From assembly GCA_038324085.1 (NCBI GenBank), contig JBBQHP010000004.1:69231-133230 (forward strand): a stretch of DNA of 64,000 nucleotides. Reading direction: 5' to 3'. Both the position numbers and the translations under genes were made by a program. The notes below the pieces were generated by a model that saw nothing but the letters and a program-made list of their open reading frames with translations, ran no database searches and had not been told where the DNA came from. Shown in pieces: positions 1 to 9,316 of this stretch. This stretch comes from Burkholderiales bacterium (GTDB lineage: Bacteria > Pseudomonadota > Gammaproteobacteria > Burkholderiales > Ga0077523). How positions within the stretch are numbered: position 1 is the stretch's first letter; each line of letters begins with the position of its first letter.

Positions 1-6
1 GAAACG

Positions 7-30
7 GCACCCCGGGGTGCTGTTTTCGTT
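7..30 (+). terminator. Short GC hairpin followed by a T-rich run, upstream of livH. It may be a terminator or attenuator for the gene lying left of the window.
   Basis: Positions 7-20, gcaccccggggtgc, form a perfect palindrome (5-bp stem, 4-nt loop), followed by tgttttcgtt. The stem is short and the feature lies at the window edge. Confidence 0.4.
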
Positions 31-57
31 GCCGGCGTCTGCTGATCCGAGCAGCCC

Positions 58-1050
58 ATGGACATCTTCCTGCAGCAGATCATCAACGGGCTCACGCTCG
101 GCAGCATCTACGCGATCGTCGCGCTCGGCTACACGATGGTCTACGGCATCGTCCAGCTCATCAATTTCGCGCATGGCGAAGTCGTGATGATCGGTGCGAT
201 GGTCGCGCTGAGCGTCATCGGCTCGCTTGCGGGGGCCGACACCGGTGTCCACCCCGCACTGATCGTGCTGGCCGGCATCGCCTGCGCCATCCCGGTCTGC
301 ATGGCCGTGGGCTACACCATGGAGCGGGTCGCCTACCGGCCGTTGCGCGGCGCCCCGCGATTGGCACCCCTCATTACGGCGATCGGCATCTCCATCATCC
401 TGCAGCACCTGGCGTTGCTGATCTGGAGCCGTAACCCGTTGTCATTCCCGCAGATCGTGCCGAACCCGGTTTTCGAGATCGCCGGCGCCACCGTGAGCGC
501 CATCCAGATCGGTATCATCCTGCTGTCCTTCTCCATGATGGCCGGCCTAACGGCGCTCGTGTACCGCACCCGGCTGGGGGTCGCGATGCGGGCAACCTCC
601 GAGAATCCCCAGGTGGCGGGTCTGATGGGGGTCAACGTCAATCGCGTGATCGCATCGACCTTCGTGATCGGTGCCGGCCTGGGCGCGGTGGCCGGTGTGA
701 TGGTCGGGACCTACTACGGCATCGCGCACTACACGATGGGTGCCCTGCTCGGCCTGAAGGCGTTCTCGGCAGCCGTGTTGGGCGGCATCGGCAACCTCGC
801 CGGGGCGATGCTGGGCGGCATCCTGCTCGGATTGGTGGAGGCGCTAGGCGCCGGCTACATCGGCGAATTCACCGACTTGTGCCACGTGTCGTGGCTCTCA
901 GGCGCGCTGGCCGAGCGCTGCGCCCAGGATGGTCACTTCATCCTCATGGGCAGCAACTACCAGGACGTGTTCGCATTCCTCGTGCTGATCGCCGTGCTCG
1001 TGTTCAAGCCCTCCGGACTTCTGGGCGAGCGTGTCGGAGACCGTGCATGA
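58..1050 (+). CDS. livH: Branched-chain amino acid ABC transporter permease (LivH family)
   Basis: The N-terminus MDIFLQQIINGLTLGSIYAIVALGYTMVYG and C-terminus FKPSGLLGERVGDRA are typical of LivH. The protein is multi-pass hydrophobic. The stop overlaps the livM ATG (ATGA at 1047-1050). Confidence 0.9.
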   Translation: MDIFLQQIINGLTLGSIYAIVALGYTMVYGIVQLINFAHGEVVMIGAMVALSVIGSLAGADTGVHPALIVLAGIACAIPVCMAVGYTMERVAYRPLRGAPRLAPLITAIGISIILQHLALLIWSRNPLSFPQIVPNPVFEIAGATVSAIQIGIILLSFSMMAGLTALVYRTRLGVAMRATSENPQVAGLMGVNVNRVIASTFVIGAGLGAVAGVMVGTYYGIAHYTMGALLGLKAFSAAVLGGIGNLAGAMLGGILLGLVEALGAGYIGEFTDLCHVSWLSGALAERCAQDGHFILMGSNYQDVFAFLVLIAVLVFKPSGLLGERVGDRA

Positions 1051-2132
1051 GCGTGCGAGGCTTCCCAGGCGTTCGCGGCGGACCCCATGTCAACCGTGCG
1101 GCCATCCTGCTGATCGCGATCACGCTGGCGGTGTTGCCCTTCGCGCTCGCATACGTGGGCACCGCGTGGGTGCGGATCACCAATTTCGCGATCCTGTTCT
1201 GCCTCCTGTCGCTCGGACTGAACATCGTGGTCGGTTTCGCCGGCCTCCTCGACCTCGGCTATATCGCGTTCTATGGTGTCGGAGCCTATTGCTACGCGCT
1301 GCTCGCTTCGCCGCACTTCGGCCTGCATCTGCCGTTCTGGCTGATCCTGCCGCTCGGCGCCGGGGTCGCGTGCCTGTTCGGCGTCCTGCTCGGGGCGCCC
1401 ACGCTCAAGCTGCGCGGCGACTACCTCGCCATCGTCACCCTCGGCTTCGGCGAGATCGTGCGGGTATTCCTCAACAATCTGTCCCAGCCGGTCAACATCA
1501 CCAACGGCCCGCAGGGCGTGACCCTGATCGACCCGTTCCGGCTGGGCAGCTTCAACTTCAGCCAGAGCCAGAACGTCCTCGGACTCACCTTTTCGGGGCC
1601 GATCAAGTACTACTACCTGCTGCTGGTCGTGCTGCTCGTGGTGATCGTGATCAACCTGCGGCTGCAGGACTCGCGCATCGGCCGCGCATGGGTCGCAATC
1701 CGCGAGGACGAAGTGGCCGCGCAATCGATGGGGATCAACACGCGCAACGTGAAGTTGCTCGCGTTCGCGATGGGTGCGAGCTTCGGCGGTATCGCCGGCG
1801 GCATGTTCTCGGCCATCCAGGGCTTCATCAGTCCCGAGAGCTTCGTGCTGGTGGATTCGATCATGGTCCTGGCGATGGTCGTGCTGGGCGGGATGGGCAA
1901 CATCTGGGGGGTCGTCGCCGGTGCGGTGCTGCTGTCGTTCGTCCCGGAGATCCTCCGCTACACGGTCGAACCGTTGCAGATGCTGGCGTTCGGGCGCTTG
2001 CTGATCGCGCCCGAGGTGATCCGCATGTTGCTCTTCGGACTCGCGCTCGTGCTGATGATGCTCTATCGACCGGCCGGCCTGTTCCCGTCGAAGACCCGCA
2101 AGCGAGAGTTCAGTGCCAGGGAACCGGGCTGA
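1047..2132 (+). CDS. livM: Branched-chain amino acid ABC transporter permease (LivM family)
   Basis: The track ORF 879..2132 was trimmed to the ATG at 1047, which overlaps the livH stop. The hydrophobic LivM-like sequence includes GLNIVVGFAGLLDLGYIAFYGVGAY and LRGDYLAIVTLGFGEI. Confidence 0.88.
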   Translation: MSVRGFPGVRGGPHVNRAAILLIAITLAVLPFALAYVGTAWVRITNFAILFCLLSLGLNIVVGFAGLLDLGYIAFYGVGAYCYALLASPHFGLHLPFWLILPLGAGVACLFGVLLGAPTLKLRGDYLAIVTLGFGEIVRVFLNNLSQPVNITNGPQGVTLIDPFRLGSFNFSQSQNVLGLTFSGPIKYYYLLLVVLLVVIVINLRLQDSRIGRAWVAIREDEVAAQSMGINTRNVKLLAFAMGASFGGIAGGMFSAIQGFISPESFVLVDSIMVLAMVVLGGMGNIWGVVAGAVLLSFVPEILRYTVEPLQMLAFGRLLIAPEVIRMLLFGLALVLMMLYRPAGLFPSKTRKREFSAREPG

Positions 2133-2913
2133 CGTGACGCAAGCCGATGTGCTGCTCGAGACCCGCGGTATCGAGAAGCGCTTCGGCGGTCTCACCGCGC
2201 TGTCCGACGTCTCGCTCGCAATCCGGCGCGGAGACATCTACGGACTGATCGGGCCCAACGGCGCCGGCAAGACCACGCTGTTCAACGTGATCACGGGTCT
2301 GTATGTCGCGGAAAAGGGCGATGTGGTCCTCGACGGCAAGAAGATCGCGTGGCGCAAACCCCACCGGGTCGCGGCGGCCGGGATCGCACGGACTTTCCAG
2401 AACATACGCCTGTTCGCGAACATGACCGCACTGGAGAACGTGATGGTCGGGCGGCACATGCGTACGCGGGCCGGCGTGCTCGGTGCGATGTTGCGCAACG
2501 CCGCCACGCGCGCTGAAGAGCAGCAGATTGCGGAGCGCGCCCACGCCCTGCTCCACTATGTCGGCGTGGAGCAGCATTCGAATACCACTGCGCGCAATCT
2601 CTCCTACGGCGACCAGCGTCGCCTCGAGATCGCCCGTGCGCTCGCCACGGAGCCCAAGCTGCTCGCGCTCGACGAGCCCGCGGCGGGCATGAACCCCACC
2701 GAACGCCAGGCGCTGGGCGAGCTCATCGCACGGATTCGCGCGGACGGCACCACCGTGCTGCTGATCGAGCACGACGTGAAGCTGGTGATGGGGCTCTGCG
2801 ACCGCGTGGCAGTGCTCGATTACGGCAAGAAGATCGCCGAAGGACCGCCGAAGGACGTGCAGCGCGATCCCGCCGTGATCGAAGCCTATATCGGGGTCGC
2901 TCCGGCGGCATGA
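2113..2913 (+). CDS. livG: Branched-chain amino acid ABC transporter ATP-binding protein (LivG family)
   Basis: It has the Walker A motif GPNGAGKTT, the ABC signature LSYGDQRRLEIARAL and the Walker B motif LLALDEPAAG. The start is uncertain: either GTG at 2113, or the in-frame GTG at 2134 just after the livM stop. Confidence 0.9.
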   Translation: MPGNRADVTQADVLLETRGIEKRFGGLTALSDVSLAIRRGDIYGLIGPNGAGKTTLFNVITGLYVAEKGDVVLDGKKIAWRKPHRVAAAGIARTFQNIRLFANMTALENVMVGRHMRTRAGVLGAMLRNAATRAEEQQIAERAHALLHYVGVEQHSNTTARNLSYGDQRRLEIARALATEPKLLALDEPAAGMNPTERQALGELIARIRADGTTVLLIEHDVKLVMGLCDRVAVLDYGKKIAEGPPKDVQRDPAVIEAYIGVAPAA

Positions 2914-2917
2914 GCGC

Positions 2918-3628
2918 GTGAGCCTGCTCGAGGTCAAGGCTCTCGAAGTCGCCTATGGCGGCATCGTCGCGGTGCGCGGCATCGACCTCCGCGTCGAAGC
3001 CGGCGAACTGGTGGCGCTGATCGGCGCCAACGGGGCGGGCAAGACCACGACATTGAAGGCGCTCGCCGGCATGCTGCAACCACGTCACGGCAGCGTGCAC
3101 TACGACGGCGTCGCCATCACGCACGAACCGTCGTACCGGCTGGTACATCGGGGCATTGCGCTGGTGCCGGAAGGCCGCGGCGTTTTCGCGCGCCTTTCGG
3201 TGGAGGAAAATTTGTCGATGGGCGCCTACATTCGGCGCGATCGTGGCGAAGTGCGCGCCGATCTCGAGCGCGTGTACGCGTTGTTCCCGCGATTGAAGGA
3301 GCGCCGGACACAGACGGCGGGAACCTTGTCGGGTGGCGAGCAGCAGATGGTCGCGATCGGACGCGCGATGATGAGCCGGCCGAGGTTGCTGTTGCTCGAC
3401 GAGCCGAGCATGGGCCTCGCGCCGCTGATGGTGCAGAAGATATTCGAGGTGGTGCAATCGATCGCGGCGCAGGGCGTCACCATTCTGCTGGTGGAGCAGA
3501 ACGCGCGGCTCGCGCTGCAGGCGGCCGCCAGGGGATACGTGATGGAATCCGGCGCGATCACGCTGACGGATTCCGCCGCGACTCTTCTTGCAAGCGAGCA
3601 GGTGCGGCTCGCCTATCTCGGCGAATAG
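2918..3628 (+). CDS. livF: Branched-chain amino acid ABC transporter ATP-binding protein (LivF family)
   Basis: The start is GTG at 2918. It has Walker A GANGAGKTT, the signature LSGGEQQMVAIGRA and Walker B LLLLDEPS. Confidence 0.9.
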   Translation: MSLLEVKALEVAYGGIVAVRGIDLRVEAGELVALIGANGAGKTTTLKALAGMLQPRHGSVHYDGVAITHEPSYRLVHRGIALVPEGRGVFARLSVEENLSMGAYIRRDRGEVRADLERVYALFPRLKERRTQTAGTLSGGEQQMVAIGRAMMSRPRLLLLDEPSMGLAPLMVQKIFEVVQSIAAQGVTILLVEQNARLALQAAARGYVMESGAITLTDSAATLLASEQVRLAYLGE

Positions 3629-3636
3629 CCCGACGC

Positions 3637-4077
3637 TCAGCGTACCTTGGGGTGGGCCAAGGGCGGTGGCACGCTGATCAGGCGCGCCTTGCTGCGCGTG
3701 ATACGGCCCAGGAACAGGAGTTCCTCCATCACCTCGGGGGTGAACCCCTGACGCGTGCCGCGATCGTCGATGATGAGCCGGTTCAGGTACTGGTCGAGAT
3801 CGTGCGCGCCCCAGAGGGTCAGGAGCGAGGCGCAGATGCGAGGCATCTCCTCGATCGCCGCCCGCGTCTCGACGCGGCTGGGCGGTTTCCTGACCGGTTC
3901 GGCGAGTTCGTTCAAGTCCAGCTCGGGAAAATCCATGGACGGCTGGTTCAGCGTCTCCTCGCCCACCTCCGAGCTCGACGGCACGTTGATGTTATTGGCC
4001 GACAGCACGCGCTCGAGATGATCGATGCGCGCCTGCTGGCGTTGGATCAGGGCTAGCAGTTCTTCTACGTTCGCCAT
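3637..4077 (-). CDS. Hypothetical protein of 146 aa with an N-terminal coiled-coil-like segment, an acidic linker and a conserved-looking C-terminal domain
   Basis: The ATG at 4077 lies 13 nt downstream of the hemF stop on the same strand. The N-terminus is MANVEELLALIQRQQARIDHLERVL and the C-terminus is LWGAHDLDQYLNRLIIDDRGTRQGFTPEVMEELLFLGR. Codon usage is GC3-rich like the neighbouring genes. I do not recognise the family. Confidence 0.6.
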   Translation of the reverse strand: MANVEELLALIQRQQARIDHLERVLSANNINVPSSSEVGEETLNQPSMDFPELDLNELAEPVRKPPSRVETRAAIEEMPRICASLLTLWGAHDLDQYLNRLIIDDRGTRQGFTPEVMEELLFLGRITRSKARLISVPPPLAHPKVR

Positions 4078-4090
4078 GCGCGATGCTTGT

Positions 4091-5038
4091 CTAGTCCTGC
4101 GGCTCGAGTCGGACCCAGTCGCGGCCCGTCAGGAATTCGGTATAGAGACCGGCCTCGGGGCTCCCCGGTTCCGGCGCCCAGTCGTAGCGCCATTTCACCA
4201 TCGGCGGCAGCGACATCAGGATCGATTCGGTCCGTCCGCCCGATTGCAGTCCGAACAGCGTACCGCGGTCATAAACCAGATTGAACTCCACGTAGCGCCC
4301 GCGTCGATAAGCCTGGAAATCGCGCTCGCGCTCGCCGTAGGGCATGTCGTGGCGCCGGCGCAGGATCGGCAGGTACGCATCGAGGAAATGATCGCCGACA
4401 TTCTTCACCAGTGCAAAGGCCGTGTCGAAATCCGGGTCCGCCAGGTCGTCGAAGAAGATGCCGCCGATGCCACGCGGTTCCCCGCGATGCTTGAGGAAGA
4501 AGTAGCGATCGCACCAACGCTTGAACTCCGGATAGCGTCCCGCACCGAACGGCGCGAGCGCGTCGCGACAGGTCGCGTGGAAATGGCGCGCGTCGTCTTC
4601 GAAGCCGTAATAGGGCGTCAGGTCCATGCCGCCGCCGAACCAGAACACCGGCGGCGCCTCCACGCCCGCAGGTGCTCGCGCGATGAAGAAGCGCACGTTC
4701 ATGTGAACGGTGGGAGCGTAGGGATTGCGGGGATGCAGCACGAGCGATACGCCCATCGCTTCGAATCCCCGGCCCGCGAGTTCCGGCCGCCCGGCGGACG
4801 CGGATGGCGGCAGCTTCTCGCCCAGTACATGCGAGAAGTTGACCCCGCCGCGTTCGAGTACGTTGCCCTCCTCGATGACGCAGGACGTGCCGCCGCCGCC
4901 CTCTTCACGGACCCAGCTGTCGTGACGGAACGACACGCCGTCTTCGGCTTCGACGCCGACGACGATGCGTCTTTGCAGGCCGAGCAGATAGTCCTTCACC
5001 GCGATCGCATCGACGCCGTCCTGCACGCGGGCGTTCAT
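4091..5038 (-). CDS. hemF: Oxygen-dependent coproporphyrinogen III oxidase
   Basis: The track ORF 4091..5461 was trimmed to the ATG at 5038, which is preceded by GGAG. The HemF-like sequence includes [37 protein letters not shown] and [31 protein letters not shown]. Confidence 0.93.
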   Translation of the reverse strand: MNARVQDGVDAIAVKDYLLGLQRRIVVGVEAEDGVSFRHDSWVREEGGGGTSCVIEEGNVLERGGVNFSHVLGEKLPPSASAGRPELAGRGFEAMGVSLVLHPRNPYAPTVHMNVRFFIARAPAGVEAPPVFWFGGGMDLTPYYGFEDDARHFHATCRDALAPFGAGRYPEFKRWCDRYFFLKHRGEPRGIGGIFFDDLADPDFDTAFALVKNVGDHFLDAYLPILRRRHDMPYGERERDFQAYRRGRYVEFNLVYDRGTLFGLQSGGRTESILMSLPPMVKWRYDWAPEPGSPEAGLYTEFLTGRDWVRLEPQD

Positions 5039-6318
5039 AGGAGACTCCTTTTCGCGCCGATGGCGCGGTACCCGATATCGCGTCGCATCTGCCGGCCGGC
5101 GAACTGGATCTGATCCGCGATCTCGTACGCGCGGCGCTGCGCAACCCGTACCGTGTCGCCGAGCGCCGTGACACATAGTACTCGACCGCCGTTCGTGGCG
5201 GTCACTCCGTCCTTGTCGGTCGTTCCCGCATGGAACACGTGCACATCTTCCTCGTCGTGCGGGATGCCCGTGATCGGGTCGCCCCGGCGGGGATTGTCGG
5301 GGTATCCATGCGCGGCCATGACCACGCCGAGCGCCACCCGCCGGTCCCACTCGGCCTGCACGCGGTCCAGGGTGCCGTTCACTGCGTGCTCGACCAGCGT
5401 GTGGAGGTCGGTCTTGAGCCGCATCAGGATCGGCTGCGTTTCCGGGTCGCCCATGCGGCAATTGAACTCGAGCGTGCGCAGCTCCCCCTTCGGGGTGATC
5501 ATCAGTCCGGCGTACAGGAACCCGGTATAGGGAGCGCCGGCGGCTTCCATTCCGGACACCACCGGCAGGATCACCTCGCGCATGGCGCGCGCATGCAGCG
5601 CGGGAGTGAGGACGGGCGCCGGCGAATAGGCGCCCATGCCGCCCGTGTTCGGACCGAGATCGCCGTCCAGCAGGCGCTTGTGATCCTGGCTGGTGGCGAG
5701 CGGCAGCACGTTGCGCCCATCCACCATCACGATGAAGCTTGCTTCCTCGCCTTCGATGAACTCCTCCACCACGACCCTGGCGCCGGCGCTGCCCATGCGG
5801 TTGTCGATCAGCATGAGATCGACGGCGCGATGGGCTTCGTCGAGGTCCATGGCCACCACGACGCCCTTGCCGGCCGCGAGGCCGTCGGCCTTGACGACGA
5901 TCGGCGCGCCCTGAGCGTCGAGATAGGCGTGCGCCGCGGCGGCGTCACTGAAGGTCGCATGCGCGGCAGTCGGAATCCGGTGCTCGACCATGAAGCGCTT
6001 CGCGAAATCCTTCGAAGCCTCGAGTTGCGCCGCACGCTGGGTCGGACCGAAGATCCTGAGTCCGGCGGCGCGGAACGCATCCACGACCCCGGCGGCCAGC
6101 GGCGCTTCCGGGCCGACCACGGTGAGCGCAATGCTCTCGCGCCTGGCGAACGTCACCAGATCGTCGATTCCCGCGACGGGGACGTTGTACAGGCCGTCTT
6201 CGCGCGCCGTGCCGGCGTTGCCGGGTGCGACGTATACGCGAGCGATTCGTCGGGATTGCGCGAGGCGCCAGGCTATCGCGTGTTCACGCCCCCCACCGCC
6301 GATCACGAGCAGGTTCAT
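5035..6318 (-). CDS. purD: Phosphoribosylamine--glycine ligase
   Basis: The N-terminus is [22 protein letters not shown], and the full-length 427-aa protein is PurD-like. The stop overlaps the hemF ATG (ATGA at 5035-5038). Confidence 0.95.
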   Translation of the reverse strand: MNLLVIGGGGREHAIAWRLAQSRRIARVYVAPGNAGTAREDGLYNVPVAGIDDLVTFARRESIALTVVGPEAPLAAGVVDAFRAAGLRIFGPTQRAAQLEASKDFAKRFMVEHRIPTAAHATFSDAAAAHAYLDAQGAPIVVKADGLAAGKGVVVAMDLDEAHRAVDLMLIDNRMGSAGARVVVEEFIEGEEASFIVMVDGRNVLPLATSQDHKRLLDGDLGPNTGGMGAYSPAPVLTPALHARAMREVILPVVSGMEAAGAPYTGFLYAGLMITPKGELRTLEFNCRMGDPETQPILMRLKTDLHTLVEHAVNGTLDRVQAEWDRRVALGVVMAAHGYPDNPRRGDPITGIPHDEEDVHVFHAGTTDKDGVTATNGGRVLCVTALGDTVRVAQRRAYEIADQIQFAGRQMRRDIGYRAIGAKRSLL

Positions 6319-6399
6319 CGGGGACGCCGCGGATCGTGGTGTAGGCAGCGGGGGCCTGGGAGTCGATGTCTCATTCGAGGCGAGTCCCGGTCCCTGCGA

Positions 6400-7962
6400 T
6401 CAGTGGCGGAAATGGCGCACGCCCGTCAGCACCATCGCGATGCCGCGCTCGTCCGCTGCCGCGATGACTTCGTCGTCGCGTACGCTGCCGCCGGGCTGGA
6501 TGACGGCAACCGCACCGGCATCGATCACCACGTCGAGGCCGTCGCGAAACGGGAAGAACGCGTCCGAAGCGACCACCGAACCCGATAACGCGAGACCGGT
6601 CTGCTGCGCCTTGACCGAAGCGATGCGCGCGGAGTCCACGCGGCTCATCTGGCCGGCACCGACCCCCAGCGTGCGGCCGCCACCACAGAACACGATCGCG
6701 TTGGATTTGACGAACTTCGCGACCCGCCAGGCGAACACGAGATCGCGCATCTGTGTCGCATCGGGCGCTATCCGGGTCACGACCCGCAAATCGGCCGGTG
6801 CCACGTCCAGCGCGTCGGGCGTCTGTATCAGCACCCCGCCACCGACCCGCTTCAGGTCCCACTGATTGCTGCCTGCGATCATCGGGACTTCGAGGACGCG
6901 CACATTCGCTTTCGCCGCGAACACCTGGCGCGCCTGCGCGGCGATCGCCGGTGCGATCACCACTTCGACGAACTGCCTCGTCACGGCCTCGGCCGTGGCG
7001 GCGTCCAGCTCGCGATTGAATGCAATGATGCCGCCGAAGGCGGATGCGGGATCGGTTTCGAACGCGCGCCGGTAGGCCTCGAGCGGCGTGGCGGCCACGG
7101 CGGCGCCGCACGGATTGGCGTGCTTCACGATGACGCATGCGGTCGCATCGAAGGTCTTCACGCATTCCCATGCGGCGTCGGCATCCGCGATGTTGTTGTA
7201 GGAAAGCTCCTTGCCTTGCAGTTGCGTGTAGCCGGCGAGGCTGCCGGGCGCAGGCTCGAGATCGCGGTAGAAAGCGGCCTGCTGGTGCGGGTTCTCGCCG
7301 TAGCGCAGATCCTGGGTCTTCGCGAGGGCGAGGTTGAGCTGTGCGGGAAACGGCACGCGCGCGCCGTCGGCATTGAGGCTCGTGAGATAGTTGCCGATTG
7401 CGCCGTCGTACCGGGCGGTGTGCGTGAACGCCTTCTTCGCGAGTGCGAAACGGGTCTCGAGGCTCACGCCGCCGCCGGAAGCGTTCATCTCCGCCAGCAG
7501 CGGGCCGTAGTCGCTGGGATCGGTCAACACCGCCACGTGGCGATAGTTCTTGGCCGCAGCGCGCACCATGGCGGGGCCGCCGATGTCGATGTTCTCGATC
7601 GCGTCCTCCAGCGTGCAATCCGGGCGTGCGATCGTTTCGCGGAACGGATAGAGATTCACCACGACGATATCGATGTAGCCGATGTCCTCGTGTGCCATGG
7701 CCGCCGCGTGCGCGGGAACGTCGCGTCGCGCCAGGATGCCGGCGTGGACCCGCGGATGGAGGGTCTTCACCCGTCCGTCGAGCATCTCCGGAAATCCGGT
7801 GTAGTCCGCGACTTCAGTGACGACTATGCCGGATTCGGCCAGCAGCTTCGCCGTTCCGCCGGTCGAGAGGACTCGCACGCCGAAGCCGGCGAGGGTCCGG
7901 GCGAATTCCACGACGCCCGTCTTGTCGGAAACGCTGATCAGCGCCTGCCGCGTGCTGGCCAT
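6400..7962 (-). CDS. purH: Bifunctional AICAR formyltransferase / IMP cyclohydrolase
   Basis: The track ORF 6400..8217 was trimmed to the ATG at 7962. The sequence begins [24 protein letters not shown] and ends [10 protein letters not shown], both typical of PurH. Confidence 0.95.
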   Translation of the reverse strand: MASTRQALISVSDKTGVVEFARTLAGFGVRVLSTGGTAKLLAESGIVVTEVADYTGFPEMLDGRVKTLHPRVHAGILARRDVPAHAAAMAHEDIGYIDIVVVNLYPFRETIARPDCTLEDAIENIDIGGPAMVRAAAKNYRHVAVLTDPSDYGPLLAEMNASGGGVSLETRFALAKKAFTHTARYDGAIGNYLTSLNADGARVPFPAQLNLALAKTQDLRYGENPHQQAAFYRDLEPAPGSLAGYTQLQGKELSYNNIADADAAWECVKTFDATACVIVKHANPCGAAVAATPLEAYRRAFETDPASAFGGIIAFNRELDAATAEAVTRQFVEVVIAPAIAAQARQVFAAKANVRVLEVPMIAGSNQWDLKRVGGGVLIQTPDALDVAPADLRVVTRIAPDATQMRDLVFAWRVAKFVKSNAIVFCGGGRTLGVGAGQMSRVDSARIASVKAQQTGLALSGSVVASDAFFPFRDGLDVVIDAGAVAVIQPGGSVRDDEVIAAADERGIAMVLTGVRHFRH

Positions 7963-8006
7963 GGCGTATTGCTGCCGGGATCGAAGGTTGAGTGAAGGGA
8001 CTTCTG

Positions 8007-8243
8007 CTACTTGAGCCCGTAGGCCTGCATCTTCTTGCGCAACGTGTTGCGGTTCATGCCAAGCAACTCCGCGGCTTGCGTCTGGTTGCCTTCCACGCGG
8101 GCGAGCACTGTTTCGAGCAGCGGGCGTTCGACGCATTGGATGACCATGTCGTATATCGGGCTCGGGCGCTCGCCGTCGAGGTCGCGGAAGTAACCGTCGA
8201 TGGCGCGGCGCACGCAACGTGCGATCTCATTTTCGTTGATCAC
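8007..8243 (-). CDS. fis: Fis-family DNA-binding nucleoid protein
   Basis: The C-terminal helix-turn-helix is [27 protein letters not shown]. The track ORF was trimmed to the GTG at 8243, which overlaps the dusB stop (GTGA), giving about 78 aa. This matches the usual dusB-fis operon layout. Confidence 0.85.
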   Translation of the reverse strand: MINENEIARCVRRAIDGYFRDLDGERPSPIYDMVIQCVERPLLETVLARVEGNQTQAAELLGMNRNTLRKKMQAYGLK

Positions 8244-9244
8244 GCGGCCAGCCTCAATCCACTGGTCGATCCCCCGTCCGCCTCCAGCCAGCCGAAGTAG
8301 CGCGCCACCGCCGCGAGCTGCGCGGGGGCGGTGGCGAGCCCGTTGATCTCCGTGCGCAACATGTCCCCGCCGGGCAACAGCTTCGCGTACCACCCGACGT
8401 GCTTGCGCGCGATCCTGACCCCTGTCGTCTCGCCGTAGAAGGCATGCAGGGCCCGCAGGTGCGTCTCGAGCACCGTGGCGATCTCACCCGGATGCGGCGC
8501 CGCGTGGTGCGCGCCGGTGCGCAGGAAATGGTCGATCTCGCGAAAGATCCAGGGCCGACCGAGCGCGGCCCGGCCGATCATCAGCGCATCCGCGCCGGTG
8601 TAGTCGAGCACCTGCTTCGCCTTCTCGGGCGAGTCGACGTCGCCATTCGCGATAACGGCAATGCCCACAGCGTGCTTCACCTTCGCGATGGTGTCGTATT
8701 CCGCGGCACCTGCGAACAGGTCGGAGCGGGTGCGGCCGTGCACGGCAAGGGCCTGGACGCCGGCGTCTTCGGCGATCCGTGCGATGCGAACGGCATTGCG
8801 CTGATCGTGGTCCCAGCCCGTGCGGATCTTGAGCGTCACGGGGACATCGACCGCGCCGACCACGGCTCCGAGTATCGCAGCGACGCGGGCCTCGTCACGC
8901 AACAAGGCCGACCCAGCCATCACGTTGCAGACTTTCTTGGCAGGGCAGCCCATGTTGATGTCGATGATCTGCGCTCCGTGCGCCACGTTGAAGCGTGCCG
9001 CGTCCGCCATCTTGCCGGGCTCTGTCCCCGCGATCTGCACCGAGATCGGTTCGACCTCGCCATCATGATCGCGCCGTCGGCGGCTCTTGTCCGAACGCCA
9101 CAGACTCGCGTCGGAAGAAGTCATCTCCGACACCGCGAGACCCGCGCCGAATGCCTTGCACAACTGGCGAAACGGCCGATCGGTTACGCCCGCCATGGGT
9201 GCGACCGCGAGCCGGCTGCGCAGTTTGTAGGGACCGATCTGCAT
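8240..9244 (-). CDS. dusB: tRNA-dihydrouridine synthase B
   Basis: The N-terminus is MQIGPYKLRSRLAVAPMAGVTDRPFRQLC and the motif INMGCPAKKV is present. The 334-aa gene sits directly upstream of fis. Confidence 0.93.
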   Translation of the reverse strand: MQIGPYKLRSRLAVAPMAGVTDRPFRQLCKAFGAGLAVSEMTSSDASLWRSDKSRRRRDHDGEVEPISVQIAGTEPGKMADAARFNVAHGAQIIDINMGCPAKKVCNVMAGSALLRDEARVAAILGAVVGAVDVPVTLKIRTGWDHDQRNAVRIARIAEDAGVQALAVHGRTRSDLFAGAAEYDTIAKVKHAVGIAVIANGDVDSPEKAKQVLDYTGADALMIGRAALGRPWIFREIDHFLRTGAHHAAPHPGEIATVLETHLRALHAFYGETTGVRIARKHVGWYAKLLPGGDMLRTEINGLATAPAQLAAVARYFGWLEADGGSTSGLRLAA

Positions 9245-9316
9245 GGTCGCGGCGGATGTTCGGCAAAAAGAGAAAGGGCAGGTATTGTAATCAGAAACGG
9301 ACCGCGCGCGCCCGCT

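Noticed and set aside
4091-5461. N-terminal extensions of the track ORFs. Examples are hemF to 5461, purH to 8217, pepP to 11953, murU to 13031, amgK to 13711, gloA to 19602, thiE from 20283, pilN from 29940, pilP from 30846, aroK from 33921, aroB from 34511, argS from 46187, gabT from 53005 and pta to 57726.
   Set aside because: The extensions are Arg/Pro-rich, overlap the upstream gene, and precede an internal ATG or GTG that matches the canonical N-terminus of the family. That internal start often has an RBS or a stop/start overlap. I trimmed each ORF to that internal start.
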